A stretch of DNA of 64,000 nucleotides, from NCBI GenBank assembly GCA_019057385.1, contig JAHQJS010000004.1, positions 96,001 to 160,000 of the forward strand. The letters run 5' to 3'. This DNA is from Candidatus Borrarchaeum weybense. GTDB taxonomy: Archaea > Asgardarchaeota > Sifarchaeia > Borrarchaeales > Borrarchaeaceae. The translations under genes and the position numbers were made by a program. Below, piece by piece: positions 20,208 through 29,518 of the stretch. Within the stretch, counting starts at the first letter, position 1; the number at the start of each line of letters is the position of its first letter. The notes below the pieces were generated by a model. The model searched no databases. It saw nothing but the letters and a program-made list of their open reading frames with translations, and was not told the DNA's origin.

Positions 20208-21032
20208 CTAATAGGGACGTTCCGTACCTTTCCAAGGACACGTAGGCCAATCGCATGTAGGACAAGTTCGTACAGGGACATTAAGGGGCGGTTCACCTTT
20301 AATATTCTTTATGATTTCAATAAGTTCATTGACCCCATCATCATCTCCAGAGATTTGTAAAACTATTGACCCTTCTGCTCCAATTACTCCACCCGAAGCT
20401 ATGTGTTGAATTGCTTCAATGTCCTCGTTGGTCAACAGTTCTAATGCTTGAATTTCGGTAATTGTCGTCCCTGTTGTGACGGGAAAAAAGCCACAGGGCA
20501 TACCTGTTGAATAATTCACTCTAGTAATTCCTGCTAAAGATGCAACTTCATCAACTGGCGTCATGATGAGCTTTTCAAGTCCAACGGGGCAGATTAACTC
20601 AACTCCTTTAGCGATGATTTGTCCTATTGAATTACCGATTGTTCCTCCATGAGATGCCCCGATTAGAATCCCACTATTCCCAAATAGATCCACAGCATTT
20701 CCGCCTTTGATAAATACATCGCCGGCTTTCATTTCTTTTACAATTTCGTTAGTTTTTATTTCTTGTAGTTCACCATTCACAAAGGCTACTTCTGATTTTA
20801 TCTTAGAAAAATCAATTAAACAAAGCCTGTCAGGCGCAATGGCTCCTGCAACAAAATTTTCTTTATCAATAGGCTTGCCAAGCAATTCCTCATAGCAGTA
20901 AGCATCGGTAGTTCCTCTTGCAATGGCAACAATGCCATTTTCAAGGGCATTTTTAACGGAATCCAGTTGGGCAACTCCTTTTGCAATAAGTCTTTTACTT
21001 TCCCAGGGTGTCAAAACAATTTGTGCTATCAT
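20208..21032 (-). CDS. Conserved hypothetical protein (paralog of 18879-19703)
   Basis: LTPWESKRLIAKGVA, IKGGN, PVGLEKLI, GAEGS, C-terminal CPTCDWPTC; start MIAQ after GGAGG. Confidence 0.8.
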   Translation of the reverse strand: MIAQIVLTPWESKRLIAKGVAQLDSVKNALENGIVAIARGTTDAYCYEELLGKPIDKENFVAGAIAPDRLCLIDFSKIKSEVAFVNGELQEIKTNEIVKEMKAGDVFIKGGNAVDLFGNSGILIGASHGGTIGNSIGQIIAKGVELICPVGLEKLIMTPVDEVASLAGITRVNYSTGMPCGFFPVTTGTTITEIQALELLTNEDIEAIQHIASGGVIGAEGSIVLQISGDDDGVNELIEIIKNIKGEPPLNVPVRTCPTCDWPTCPWKGTERPY

Positions 21033-21103
21033 AAGAAAACCTCCTAATGCCAAAAATGAAGAAGTGTTAGTTCAAGAACAAACATAAGTAAGGATGAAAC
21101 TAC

Positions 21104-22669
21104 TTAAATAATATTTAGGTTGTCGGTGATCTTGCAGTCCTCGCAAATCATCATTTTTGGATTTAGCAGATTCTTTGGGTCAAAAATGACCTTGACGTCT
21201 TTCATGTAATTATAAATTGTACTTCCATATTCCTTTTCAAGGTACATTGTCCTGTTTCTTCCCATTCCATGTTCGCTAGTTATTGTTCCTCCGTATGTAA
21301 ACAGTAAGTCATACACATCATCCACTAGATGAGGTATCATCTCAATGTGTTTTGGATCCTTCAAATTAATTAGAGGACGTAGATGAATTGTACCCGTTCC
21401 AACATGCCCATACATTCCAACTATTAAATTGTATTTTTGGAAGATTTTAGTGGCTTCTCTTATAAATGGAGCAAGATACTGAATTTTTAAGCCAATATCC
21501 TCAATAAGTGCGTGGGCTTTTAAGTCAGTTCCTTTAGTAAATTTCATGAGGGTCGGTAAAATGGCGTGACGTACTGCCCATAGTTTATGTTGTTTCTCTT
21601 CATCTAGTTCAGTCATAACCTCGTTGTAAATATCGTATCCTTTTTCAACGATCATTCTTTCAAGTTTTTCTATCTGATCAAACCGTTCTAGGCCCTGAAA
21701 TTCAATGAGCAACATATGAACCTCCTCTTCAGGTATACCTAGTTTCGGGTTTTCTTTCCTGACTAACTTCAGACTCTCGTAATTCAATAACTCTATAGCT
21801 ACAGCACCGATCTCTTTGATACCTTTAACAGAATCCATTGCTTCGTCAAGCTGTCTGAAATAAATTAAACTTGTGGCTACACCTTCTGGAATTTCTTCGA
21901 TCCTAAGCTTAATCTTTGTGAAAACGCCCAAAGTTCCTACGGAAGAGACAAGTATATGCGCAAGAAAATCTCCAATTTTACTATAACGTATAAGTGCAGG
22001 TAAATTGTATCCACTCGAAGACTTAACTCCTTCGCGTTTTTTGTAAAAGTTTAATGTCTCGTCATCAGCAGAAATTTTCTCTTTTAATCGTAGCAATCTA
22101 TATTGTATATTTTCAGGAATTGTTTCTTCATTAGATGTGTTGACAAGAATTCCATCGATCGTTATGAATTCCAATATTTCAACATAGTCATCAAAAGTAC
22201 CATACCGAACTGAATGCGCACCGCTTGATTTAGTAGCAACATTTCCTCCGATACAGCAGATTGGGGCACTCGACGGATCAGGAGGCAAGAAATAACCTTT
22301 TACTTTAATGAACTCTTGTAATGCTTTGTGATTAACTCCAGGCTGACAAATTACATAATGCTGTCCGTCTTCTTCGACAAAATCTAAAATTTGGTTCATG
22401 TATTTTTTAAAATCAATAATTATGCCAGTATTCAGAGAAGCTCCCGCTAAACTTGTTCCTCCAGACCGGGGAGTCACAGGACAAGCATATTTTCTGGCGA
22501 TTCTTATAATGTTTATAACATCTGCATCATCTTTAGGAAACGTTACTAGCATGGGTTTCACTCTATACATGCTTTGATTGGTAGAATACGCTTTTAGGGT
22601 TTCCTTATCCCATTGAACGTCTCCCTGAACTATTTCTTTAATTTCTTTTCCTAAGATTTCACTTGCCAT
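21104..22669 (-). CDS. FAD-linked oxidoreductase (GlcD family)
   Basis: RSGGTSLAG, PPDPSS, SSGYNL, GHVGTGTIH.RP, SEHGMGR, FDPKNLLNP. Confidence 0.9.
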   Translation of the reverse strand: MASEILGKEIKEIVQGDVQWDKETLKAYSTNQSMYRVKPMLVTFPKDDADVINIIRIARKYACPVTPRSGGTSLAGASLNTGIIIDFKKYMNQILDFVEEDGQHYVICQPGVNHKALQEFIKVKGYFLPPDPSSAPICCIGGNVATKSSGAHSVRYGTFDDYVEILEFITIDGILVNTSNEETIPENIQYRLLRLKEKISADDETLNFYKKREGVKSSSGYNLPALIRYSKIGDFLAHILVSSVGTLGVFTKIKLRIEEIPEGVATSLIYFRQLDEAMDSVKGIKEIGAVAIELLNYESLKLVRKENPKLGIPEEEVHMLLIEFQGLERFDQIEKLERMIVEKGYDIYNEVMTELDEEKQHKLWAVRHAILPTLMKFTKGTDLKAHALIEDIGLKIQYLAPFIREATKIFQKYNLIVGMYGHVGTGTIHLRPLINLKDPKHIEMIPHLVDDVYDLLFTYGGTITSEHGMGRNRTMYLEKEYGSTIYNYMKDVKVIFDPKNLLNPKMMICEDCKITDNLNII

Positions 22670-22706
22670 GTTCTTAACACCTCTTAGCTCATAAAGCTAT
22701 TATTCA

Positions 22707-23486
22707 CTAAAGTAAAGGAAAAGTAATATTAAATTTACAATGAGAATGACCTGTTCCATAGCATTCGATCTCTTCAACTTTACACGATTTCTTGAATTTT
22801 GTTTCGAAAACTGCTTCAAGAATGCCCTCGTCTTGAGCGCACAGGCATTTTCCAACGTTGGGAAACCGGCTACACTCATAACATTCAGTGACTACTAAAG
22901 TGATTGGGGCTTTTGAAACAACCTTTACGTGTCCTAGTTTATGCATTTCCCAGAACTTTGAAAGATCTTTTAGAATTTCATCTAGATTTTCACCTAGAAG
23001 TGTTGAAGCAATTTCTTTTCCTATTGTCCTTCCGATTTCGCGGAGGACAGGTGACAGGTTAAAGTTGGTGAGACCCTCTATACCAAATCTAACGGCACAA
23101 AAAAGTCCGTTAGCAAAAGTCAATGGATCTCCAATGGATTCCTGAATTATCACCGAAAGTTGTTCGCTCACTTCGGCCATAGGCATTTCAGTCGTTCCAA
23201 CAAATTTAGAGTTTAAAATAAACAATTTTCTTCTCTTATCATCGGGATGTGCCCTTTCGATGACAAGTTTCTTGTCAATAAGTATCTTCAAATGCTCCCA
23301 GAGTGTGCTTTTAGACTTTCTCTGTCCACTGTTTTCAAAAAGTAGGTAAATATCTTTTAATTCAAGCCCTTCACCGTAATTCTCTTGTAACATTTCTAAT
23401 ATTTTCATGCGCACAGGGTTTGAAACTTGTCTTAGACCATCTTCTGAGAAATAGACTTCAAAACTGGCCCGTTTTGAAGGAGTCAT
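22707..23486 (-). CDS. ArsR-type HTH + V4R domain transcriptional regulator
   Basis: NPVRMKIL..L, KSTLWEHLKIL, DKRRK; CYEC...C..DEG...EIECYGTG..HC V4R domain. Confidence 0.88.
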   Translation of the reverse strand: MTPSKRASFEVYFSEDGLRQVSNPVRMKILEMLQENYGEGLELKDIYLLFENSGQRKSKSTLWEHLKILIDKKLVIERAHPDDKRRKLFILNSKFVGTTEMPMAEVSEQLSVIIQESIGDPLTFANGLFCAVRFGIEGLTNFNLSPVLREIGRTIGKEIASTLLGENLDEILKDLSKFWEMHKLGHVKVVSKAPITLVVTECYECSRFPNVGKCLCAQDEGILEAVFETKFKKSCKVEEIECYGTGHSHCKFNITFPLL

Positions 23487-23662
23487 AGTTTGTATGTTTG
23501 CTCTAGCATTATTTATATACATTCGGAAATAGGCGAACAATATCACTTTTGTTAGTATTACTAATCATCAATGGTTGCTACCAATTTTACTGGATTATAA
23601 CAATATTATCCAATATTCGTTTCTAATGGCATATTTTAGCACAAAATATGTAGATTCTCAAC

Positions 23663-23920
23663 GTGAACTACCACCCTACAAGTAGGCTGGCTTCCTGAAT
23701 CATCCATTCCCCAACGGGATATGTCAAACAGGCTCGACGGGCAGTCCCTGCCCTGAACTTTATGTGAATGTGAGAACTGGCGAGTGTTACCTCAGCTCAA
23801 TTCTACTTAGAATCGCTGCAAAACCGTATTTAAAGATTAGGGGGTATCGTGAAAGTGAAACAAGTAACACACGCAATTCATCCCCCCAACACGTTGAGGG
23901 GGTCTTCTTGCGGAGACATG
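23663..23920 (-). mobile_element. 258-bp non-autonomous MITE of the tnpB IS (left end + promoter + omegaRNA, no ORF)
   Basis: Reverse complement of 23663-23756 matches 18587-18680 at 87/94 positions; left-end hairpin near 23880-23905; TTTAT target on the minus strand at 23921-23925. Confidence 0.92.
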
Positions 23921-24268
23921 ATAAAACAATCAGTTAATTCAATGTATATGACCGATAAGCAAATTTCCTATTAAATCAATCTTTTCATAAATGAATGATA
24001 TATTGCGAAGGTTACATATATTTTTTAGAAATATTCTGGATTATTTCATTCTAACCCATTTTTTTTGTAATTTTTGAAATTTAATATTACGAATTCTACC
24101 AAAATAAATATGAATGTGTATTTCACTAATCAGTATGCTACAAAGAAGGTGTTATATAAACGTTTTAAATTGCTTAAATTAAACTGGATTTATTAAAACA
24201 CCGTTCTTATGTTTAGATATTTTATGAAATCAAAAGAAAATGATGAACGAAATATGAGAGTGTAGAAA

Positions 24269-25618
24269 ATGGGAATGTTTGATAGATTAAGGGAAAAGTT
24301 GAGAAAAAGGCAAGTTATTGAAATCCCTGCGGAAGGAGTTGTATTCGGAAAAAATGTAAGAACTGGCTTCGCTTATCGAAGAACTACAGAAGGTATGTCC
24401 GCTTTTGACTTGGCTAAAGATGCCGCAGCTGAAGCATTGAAAAAAGTCGGTCAGGAAGATTTTAGTATAGCTATGGTTTACTCTGCGTACGAATTTCCTC
24501 CTAAAGAGGTAGCTGCAGGTGTAAGTGCAGCCATTCCAGGTCCTTGGATTGGATGCACTACTGTAGGAGAAATCACTTCAGCAGGATTGTTTGAAGATAG
24601 TATTGTGGTTGCTGTGATCAGTTCTCCACACATAAAGGTTGGTGTAGGCGTTGGCCAATCAATTAGTGAAGATGACGAAGCAGCCGGTCGGATAGCTATC
24701 GAAATGGCCTTGGAATCCTTAAAGAATAAGGGCAAAACAATGAAAGAAGGAGAGAATTTTGTGCTTGTACATGGCTCCGTTGGTGGAGAAGAAGGAGTTA
24801 TCAGGGGACTTCAAGAGGTAGTCGGAAATATTCCAGTGGTAGGTGGTACCGCTGGAAATGCATTAACAGAAAACCCTGCATATGTGTTCGCGAATGGTAA
24901 AGCGTATACGAATGCAGCTGTCGTGGGACTTGTATCTTCAAAAGTGGTTACTGCAATTGATAGCGGTCACGGATGGAAACCTACCGGTAAAATAGGATTG
25001 GTGACCAAGACTGATCCGCCAGAAATACGGAGAACAACAGGAACCCATATAGTTTACACAATTGACAATCGTCCAGCGGCTGAGTGGTATGCTGAAAAAA
25101 TAAGTGAACTAAAGGGTAGTGAAATCACTGTAGAAACGCTAAAACAGTATTATCCTTTCGTTACATTTGGAGGCGCATCTGGGCTCGGAGGAACAGGTAA
25201 CCCATGCGGCGTGAAAGATCCTCAAGGACGAATATGGGCAAGAGATATTCATGGCATAAACGCCGATGGCTCTATTGACTTCTGGAGTTACATTCCAGAA
25301 GGGACAGGCATTGAGGTGTTAACAGGTACACCCGAAACCCTAATTGACAGATCAGAAGCCAGTGTAAAAGAGTTATTCAATAAATACAAGAAATTTAACC
25401 CGGTCATTATGTTCGATTATAACTGTTGTGGAAGAAAAATGTACTTAGGCAAGGTCAATAAGCTCGAAGAAGAGTACAGCAAAATACGAAAATACACAAA
25501 AGAGAAGCCACTAGTTGGTTTTTATTCCATGGGAGAGCAGGCATGTTATGCGGGTCTCAATTTTCATTGCAATTTGACCACCACGCGCTTATTGATAACT
25601 GATACCTTGACTACATGA
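24269..25618 (+). CDS. FIST-domain (FIST_N + FIST_C) sensory protein
   Basis: IGCTTVGEI, PVVGGTAG, HGWKP, IDNRPA, CCGR, GFYSMGE, NLT. Confidence 0.9.
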   Translation: MGMFDRLREKLRKRQVIEIPAEGVVFGKNVRTGFAYRRTTEGMSAFDLAKDAAAEALKKVGQEDFSIAMVYSAYEFPPKEVAAGVSAAIPGPWIGCTTVGEITSAGLFEDSIVVAVISSPHIKVGVGVGQSISEDDEAAGRIAIEMALESLKNKGKTMKEGENFVLVHGSVGGEEGVIRGLQEVVGNIPVVGGTAGNALTENPAYVFANGKAYTNAAVVGLVSSKVVTAIDSGHGWKPTGKIGLVTKTDPPEIRRTTGTHIVYTIDNRPAAEWYAEKISELKGSEITVETLKQYYPFVTFGGASGLGGTGNPCGVKDPQGRIWARDIHGINADGSIDFWSYIPEGTGIEVLTGTPETLIDRSEASVKELFNKYKKFNPVIMFDYNCCGRKMYLGKVNKLEEEYSKIRKYTKEKPLVGFYSMGEQACYAGLNFHCNLTTTRLLITDTLTT

Positions 25619-26108
25619 TAAATTCGCTCCCAGTGTTTCTAAATAAGTCTTTACAATTCCCTTTTTTTCCTCTTCTAAATAACTCGATATAAACTCCTTT
25701 GCACTCTAAGTGACTTAAACGATATTATCTGAGTTATATCTCCTTTCCTATGAAAATAAGAAATGATTTATGCGGCTTATACGATTAAAATTTTACGCTC
25801 TTCATCCTTAGTCCTCTATCTCTTCAATAAATATTGATGTGCTGTGGCTTTTGTATAAACTGGTGGATATATTTTGATTTTTCTTAAAGCAACTTCTTCT
25901 ATTCATATGATTTTTTGAGAATTTTACAAATATACCAAAATAAATATAGGTTGGTTTTCTGATAATTAATATAGAGTAACACTGCGAAGGAGGTGTAAAA
26001 TAAGAGCCAAAGGTTAACTAAAATAAACCAGATTGACTTTGGCTTTGTTCTAACACTATTCTATTATTATAGAAAATAAAAAATAAGGAAAAAAGGGAAG
26101 TGTAAGTG

Positions 26109-27464
26109 ATGGGAATGTTTGAAAGAATAAGGAAATTCTTCAGATCGAGAGAAATTAAGGAAACTCCTGAGGCCGCTGAAGGAGCTATAGCTGGAGCGAA
26201 TGTACAAGCAGGATTCGCTTATCGAAGAACTACAGAAGATATGTCCGCTTTTGACTTGGCTAAAGATGCCGCAGCTGAAGCATTAAACCGTGTAGGCTCT
26301 GAAAATTTTAGTGTAGCGCTTGTCTATTCTGCGTATGAACATAATCCAAAAGATGTCGCTGCAGGTGTAAGTGCAGCCATTCCAGGTCCTTGGCTTGGTT
26401 GTACAACTTCTGGAGAAATTACTTCTGCTGGAATATTCGAGGATAGTATCGTGGTTGCAGCAATAAGTAGTCCTCGTATAAAATTTGGAGTTGGAGTAAG
26501 TTCAGGTGTGTGTCAAGATGATGAAGGTGCCGGAAAAACCGCTATTAATATGGCTTTGGAGTCTTTAATAGCAAAAGGAGGAGCCATGAAAGAAGGTGCA
26601 AATTATATTATTATGCACGGCTCGACAGGAGGCGAAGAAGGAGTTATCCGAGGACTTCAACAAGAAGTTGGTAACATACCGGTCGTCGGAGGCACAGCTG
26701 GCAACGCGTTAACGGAAAACCCACCATATGTATTTGCAAATGGTAAAGCATATACAGATGCCGTTGTTCTAGGATTAATGTCTTCAGATATGGTTACAGT
26801 TGTTGATTCTGGACATGGTTGGAAATCAACAGGCAAAGTTGGATTAGTGACTAAAGCGAATCCACCAGAGGAACGAAAGACTACACTATGGCATAAAGTC
26901 TACACTATCGATAATAGACCTGCAGCCGAGTGGTATGCAGAACAAATATCATCCTTAAAAGGAAGTGAGGTATCGGTAGATACTTTAAAGCAATATTATC
27001 CATTTGTAACTTTTGGTGGTTCATCTGGGATCGGAGGAACAGGTTATCCAACAGGAATCAAAGACCCACAAGGACGTATATGGACACGAGACGTCCACAG
27101 TGTAGAGGACGATCTAGGCTTAACATTTTGGGCTTATGTACCCGAAGGGACAGGCCTTGAAGTTTTGGAAGGTACACCTGATACCTTAACTGATAGATCA
27201 AAAGCTGCAGCTAAAGACCTGTTTAGCAAGTACTCGAAATTTAAGCCTGTTATGATGTTCGACTTTAACTGTGTAGGCCGGAAAATCTATCTATCGAAAG
27301 TAAACAAACTTGATGGAGAATATGAAGAGATTAAGAAAATAATGAAGGGCACGCCTGTGGTAGGATTTTACACCCACGGTGAACAAGCGTGTTACGGAGG
27401 CTTAAATCAGCACTGTAATTTAACAATTACAAGGCTACTAATAACAGATACATTGGCAACATAA
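26109..27464 (+). CDS. FIST-domain sensory protein, tandem paralog
   Basis: LGCTTSGEI, PVVGGTAG, HGW, CVGR, GFYTHGE; colinear with 24269-25618. Confidence 0.9.
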   Translation: MGMFERIRKFFRSREIKETPEAAEGAIAGANVQAGFAYRRTTEDMSAFDLAKDAAAEALNRVGSENFSVALVYSAYEHNPKDVAAGVSAAIPGPWLGCTTSGEITSAGIFEDSIVVAAISSPRIKFGVGVSSGVCQDDEGAGKTAINMALESLIAKGGAMKEGANYIIMHGSTGGEEGVIRGLQQEVGNIPVVGGTAGNALTENPPYVFANGKAYTDAVVLGLMSSDMVTVVDSGHGWKSTGKVGLVTKANPPEERKTTLWHKVYTIDNRPAAEWYAEQISSLKGSEVSVDTLKQYYPFVTFGGSSGIGGTGYPTGIKDPQGRIWTRDVHSVEDDLGLTFWAYVPEGTGLEVLEGTPDTLTDRSKAAAKDLFSKYSKFKPVMMFDFNCVGRKIYLSKVNKLDGEYEEIKKIMKGTPVVGFYTHGEQACYGGLNQHCNLTITRLLITDTLAT

Positions 27465-27559
27465 AACAACTAAAAAGCAGCCTCCAACTCTTTTTTTGTT
27501 CGACTACTTTTTTCTAATTCCTTTCATCTTAAAAGATACAGTCTCTTGTATACAAATTC

Positions 27560-28084
27560 TTAATCACGTTGAATTCCTGTAATTGTCCTTAGCGTTTCAG
27601 CTAGTTTAGATGCAAAATTTTTGAATTTCAGATCAAGTATTTCAACTGAATCTTCCAATTCTTTCATTTTTTCAAGAAGACCTGAAAACGAATCGGTGTT
27701 TGCAGAATAGGTATTACTCAATTGCGTTTTTATCTCATTGAGGGATCTCTCCAGCAATTCAATAGAGGTAGACTGTTCTGTAAATAATTCTCTAAAAGAC
27801 ATTAAATCCTTTTGGATGGTTTCAAGAACCTCTTTTGTTAGGTTTTCAACTTCTTGTTTAATTAGAACTCCCATTTGTTGTAATATTGTATCACGTAAAG
27901 TCTGAATCGAGTCGGCAGTTTCTACTTTGAAATATTCTATTAATGCCTCAAGAACATTATGAATTCCAGAGGCTGTAGGAATTTTACCCTTTGGTGTATT
28001 TATTGTCTCAAGTGTTAATTTCAGTTTATTAGATGTCATGATTTTCTTAATCTCCTCATTGTCTTTATTCTCTGAGAGACCCAT
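27560..28084 (-). CDS. Hypothetical coiled-coil protein
   Basis: 174-aa ORF with heptad-like L/I/E/K pattern. Confidence 0.7.
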   Translation of the reverse strand: MGLSENKDNEEIKKIMTSNKLKLTLETINTPKGKIPTASGIHNVLEALIEYFKVETADSIQTLRDTILQQMGVLIKQEVENLTKEVLETIQKDLMSFRELFTEQSTSIELLERSLNEIKTQLSNTYSANTDSFSGLLEKMKELEDSVEILDLKFKNFASKLAETLRTITGIQRD

Positions 28085-28200
28085 TAAAAAGTAGCAAGAT
28101 TAATGATTGTAATTACTCATTAATTATTAAGAATTCCTGCATTATAAGTTATGCTGAAATGTTATTTTCTGCTTAATATCTAATGAAAGAGAGATAGAAA

Positions 28201-28584
28201 ATGGTAGAGTCTCATTACATTGAACTAATAATAACCGAGAAGCCTGAAGATGACGAAGAAGATTTTCAAGGTGATGGTCTTTACATTACAACAACATTTG
28301 ACACGATCTCAAACAATATCGACCATTCAACGAGTGTTTTTGACGGTAATTATTTAATCTTAGAAACAAAATTTGTAGGGTCTTACGATTGGACCGAAGA
28401 AGAATTTTGCATGGTCTGTAAATTACCTATAAAGCGTTCAGATAACGCAGAGATTGTTAAATGCCCTTATTGTGGAACTAAAGCTCATAAAAAGCATTTA
28501 TTTGAATGGCTGAAAATAAGAAACGCTTGTCCCTTTTGTCGTCGTGAATTATCAAAAAGATCTGTTCTGTATATGGAGTCATAG
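28201..28584 (+). CDS. RING-finger E3 ubiquitin ligase-like protein
   Basis: CxxC..CPYC....HxxH...W.....CPFCR; adjacent to ubiquitin. Confidence 0.85.
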   Translation: MVESHYIELIITEKPEDDEEDFQGDGLYITTTFDTISNNIDHSTSVFDGNYLILETKFVGSYDWTEEEFCMVCKLPIKRSDNAEIVKCPYCGTKAHKKHLFEWLKIRNACPFCRRELSKRSVLYMES

Positions 28585-28663
28585 ATGAACGAAAGAAAAA
28601 ATAAGGATGTGGCTCATATTTCTCATGAAATACATTTTGGTTGAATGGAGGTATCGCAAAAAT

Positions 28664-28903
28664 ATGATTGTTCGAGTAGTAAGCGCTATCGGTGGTGGAG
28701 TGGTAGACGTAGATGTGCCCGAAACGTCAACTGTAAACGATGTAAAAAGCATTGTATCAAAAGAAAAGAAAATTCCTGCATCTACTGTACTGCTGGTTTT
28801 CAGAGGCAGGCAATTGCAGGATAATGAAGTTCTTGCTGAAGCAGGTGTAGGAGCGTACGATAAAGTGTACCTCATTACACGTACTGAGGGTGGAAACATT
28901 TAG
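28664..28903 (+). CDS. Ubiquitin precursor (C-terminus ...TRTEGG-NI)
   Basis: Beta-grasp pattern TVNDVK...IP....LVFRGRQLQD, di-Gly plus 2-residue extension; start MIVRVV at 28664. Confidence 0.9.
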   Translation: MIVRVVSAIGGGVVDVDVPETSTVNDVKSIVSKEKKIPASTVLLVFRGRQLQDNEVLAEAGVGAYDKVYLITRTEGGNI

Positions 28904-29009
28904 TGTAATATTTCCTGTTTTTTATTGACCAAATAACTAGAGATTGTTTTCAATGAATTGTAGTAACCTTTAATGAGTAAAAAACTGCAAATGTCAATAG
29001 GGATTAAAG

Positions 29010-29432
29010 ATGATCATAAAGATCTCTGATAGCACGCTCTGTAAGGCAATAAGGCGAACTTCTGAAGTTTCAACTGAATCAGGTGGAATACTTGTAGGAA
29101 AAATGAAAGACGAAGAACTTCTCATTAATGGATTAGAAACTGGTCAACAGAGCGCCACACATGTTCATGTGACTTTACATGATGAGTTCTTAGTCGAAAC
29201 AGCAACTAAGTATGCTGAAAGAGACGAAAAAATCGTAGGTTGGTATCACTCTCACCCGAAAATGGGGTGTTTTATGTCTAGCACAGATATTGACACTCAA
29301 CGGAGATACCAAGCATTATTTCCCAATGCAGTAGCATTAGTTATAGATCCACAACGCCCAATTTTTCGATTTTATCAGGTAGAGGACTCAAGCTACACAT
29401 CTGTTGAATATGATGTTTTAGAAAACATTTAG
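29010..29432 (+). CDS. JAMM/MPN+ (Rpn11-like) metalloprotease
   Basis: E..G.LVG, GWYHSHP....MSSTD, ALVIDP. Confidence 0.93.
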   Translation: MIIKISDSTLCKAIRRTSEVSTESGGILVGKMKDEELLINGLETGQQSATHVHVTLHDEFLVETATKYAERDEKIVGWYHSHPKMGCFMSSTDIDTQRRYQALFPNAVALVIDPQRPIFRFYQVEDSSYTSVEYDVLENI

Positions 29433-29518
29433 CAATTTGATATGTCATAACACATCTGACTTTTCTCTTCTAAATGGAAAAAATAGCTTTTCCTATCAGA
29501 GAATATGGAAATAAGCTA

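Noticed and set aside
25946-25958. 13-nt match (ATAGGTTGGTTTT) between the mini-array B spacer and the region upstream of the second FIST gene
   Set aside because: Short, AT-rich, outside the seed and plausible by chance
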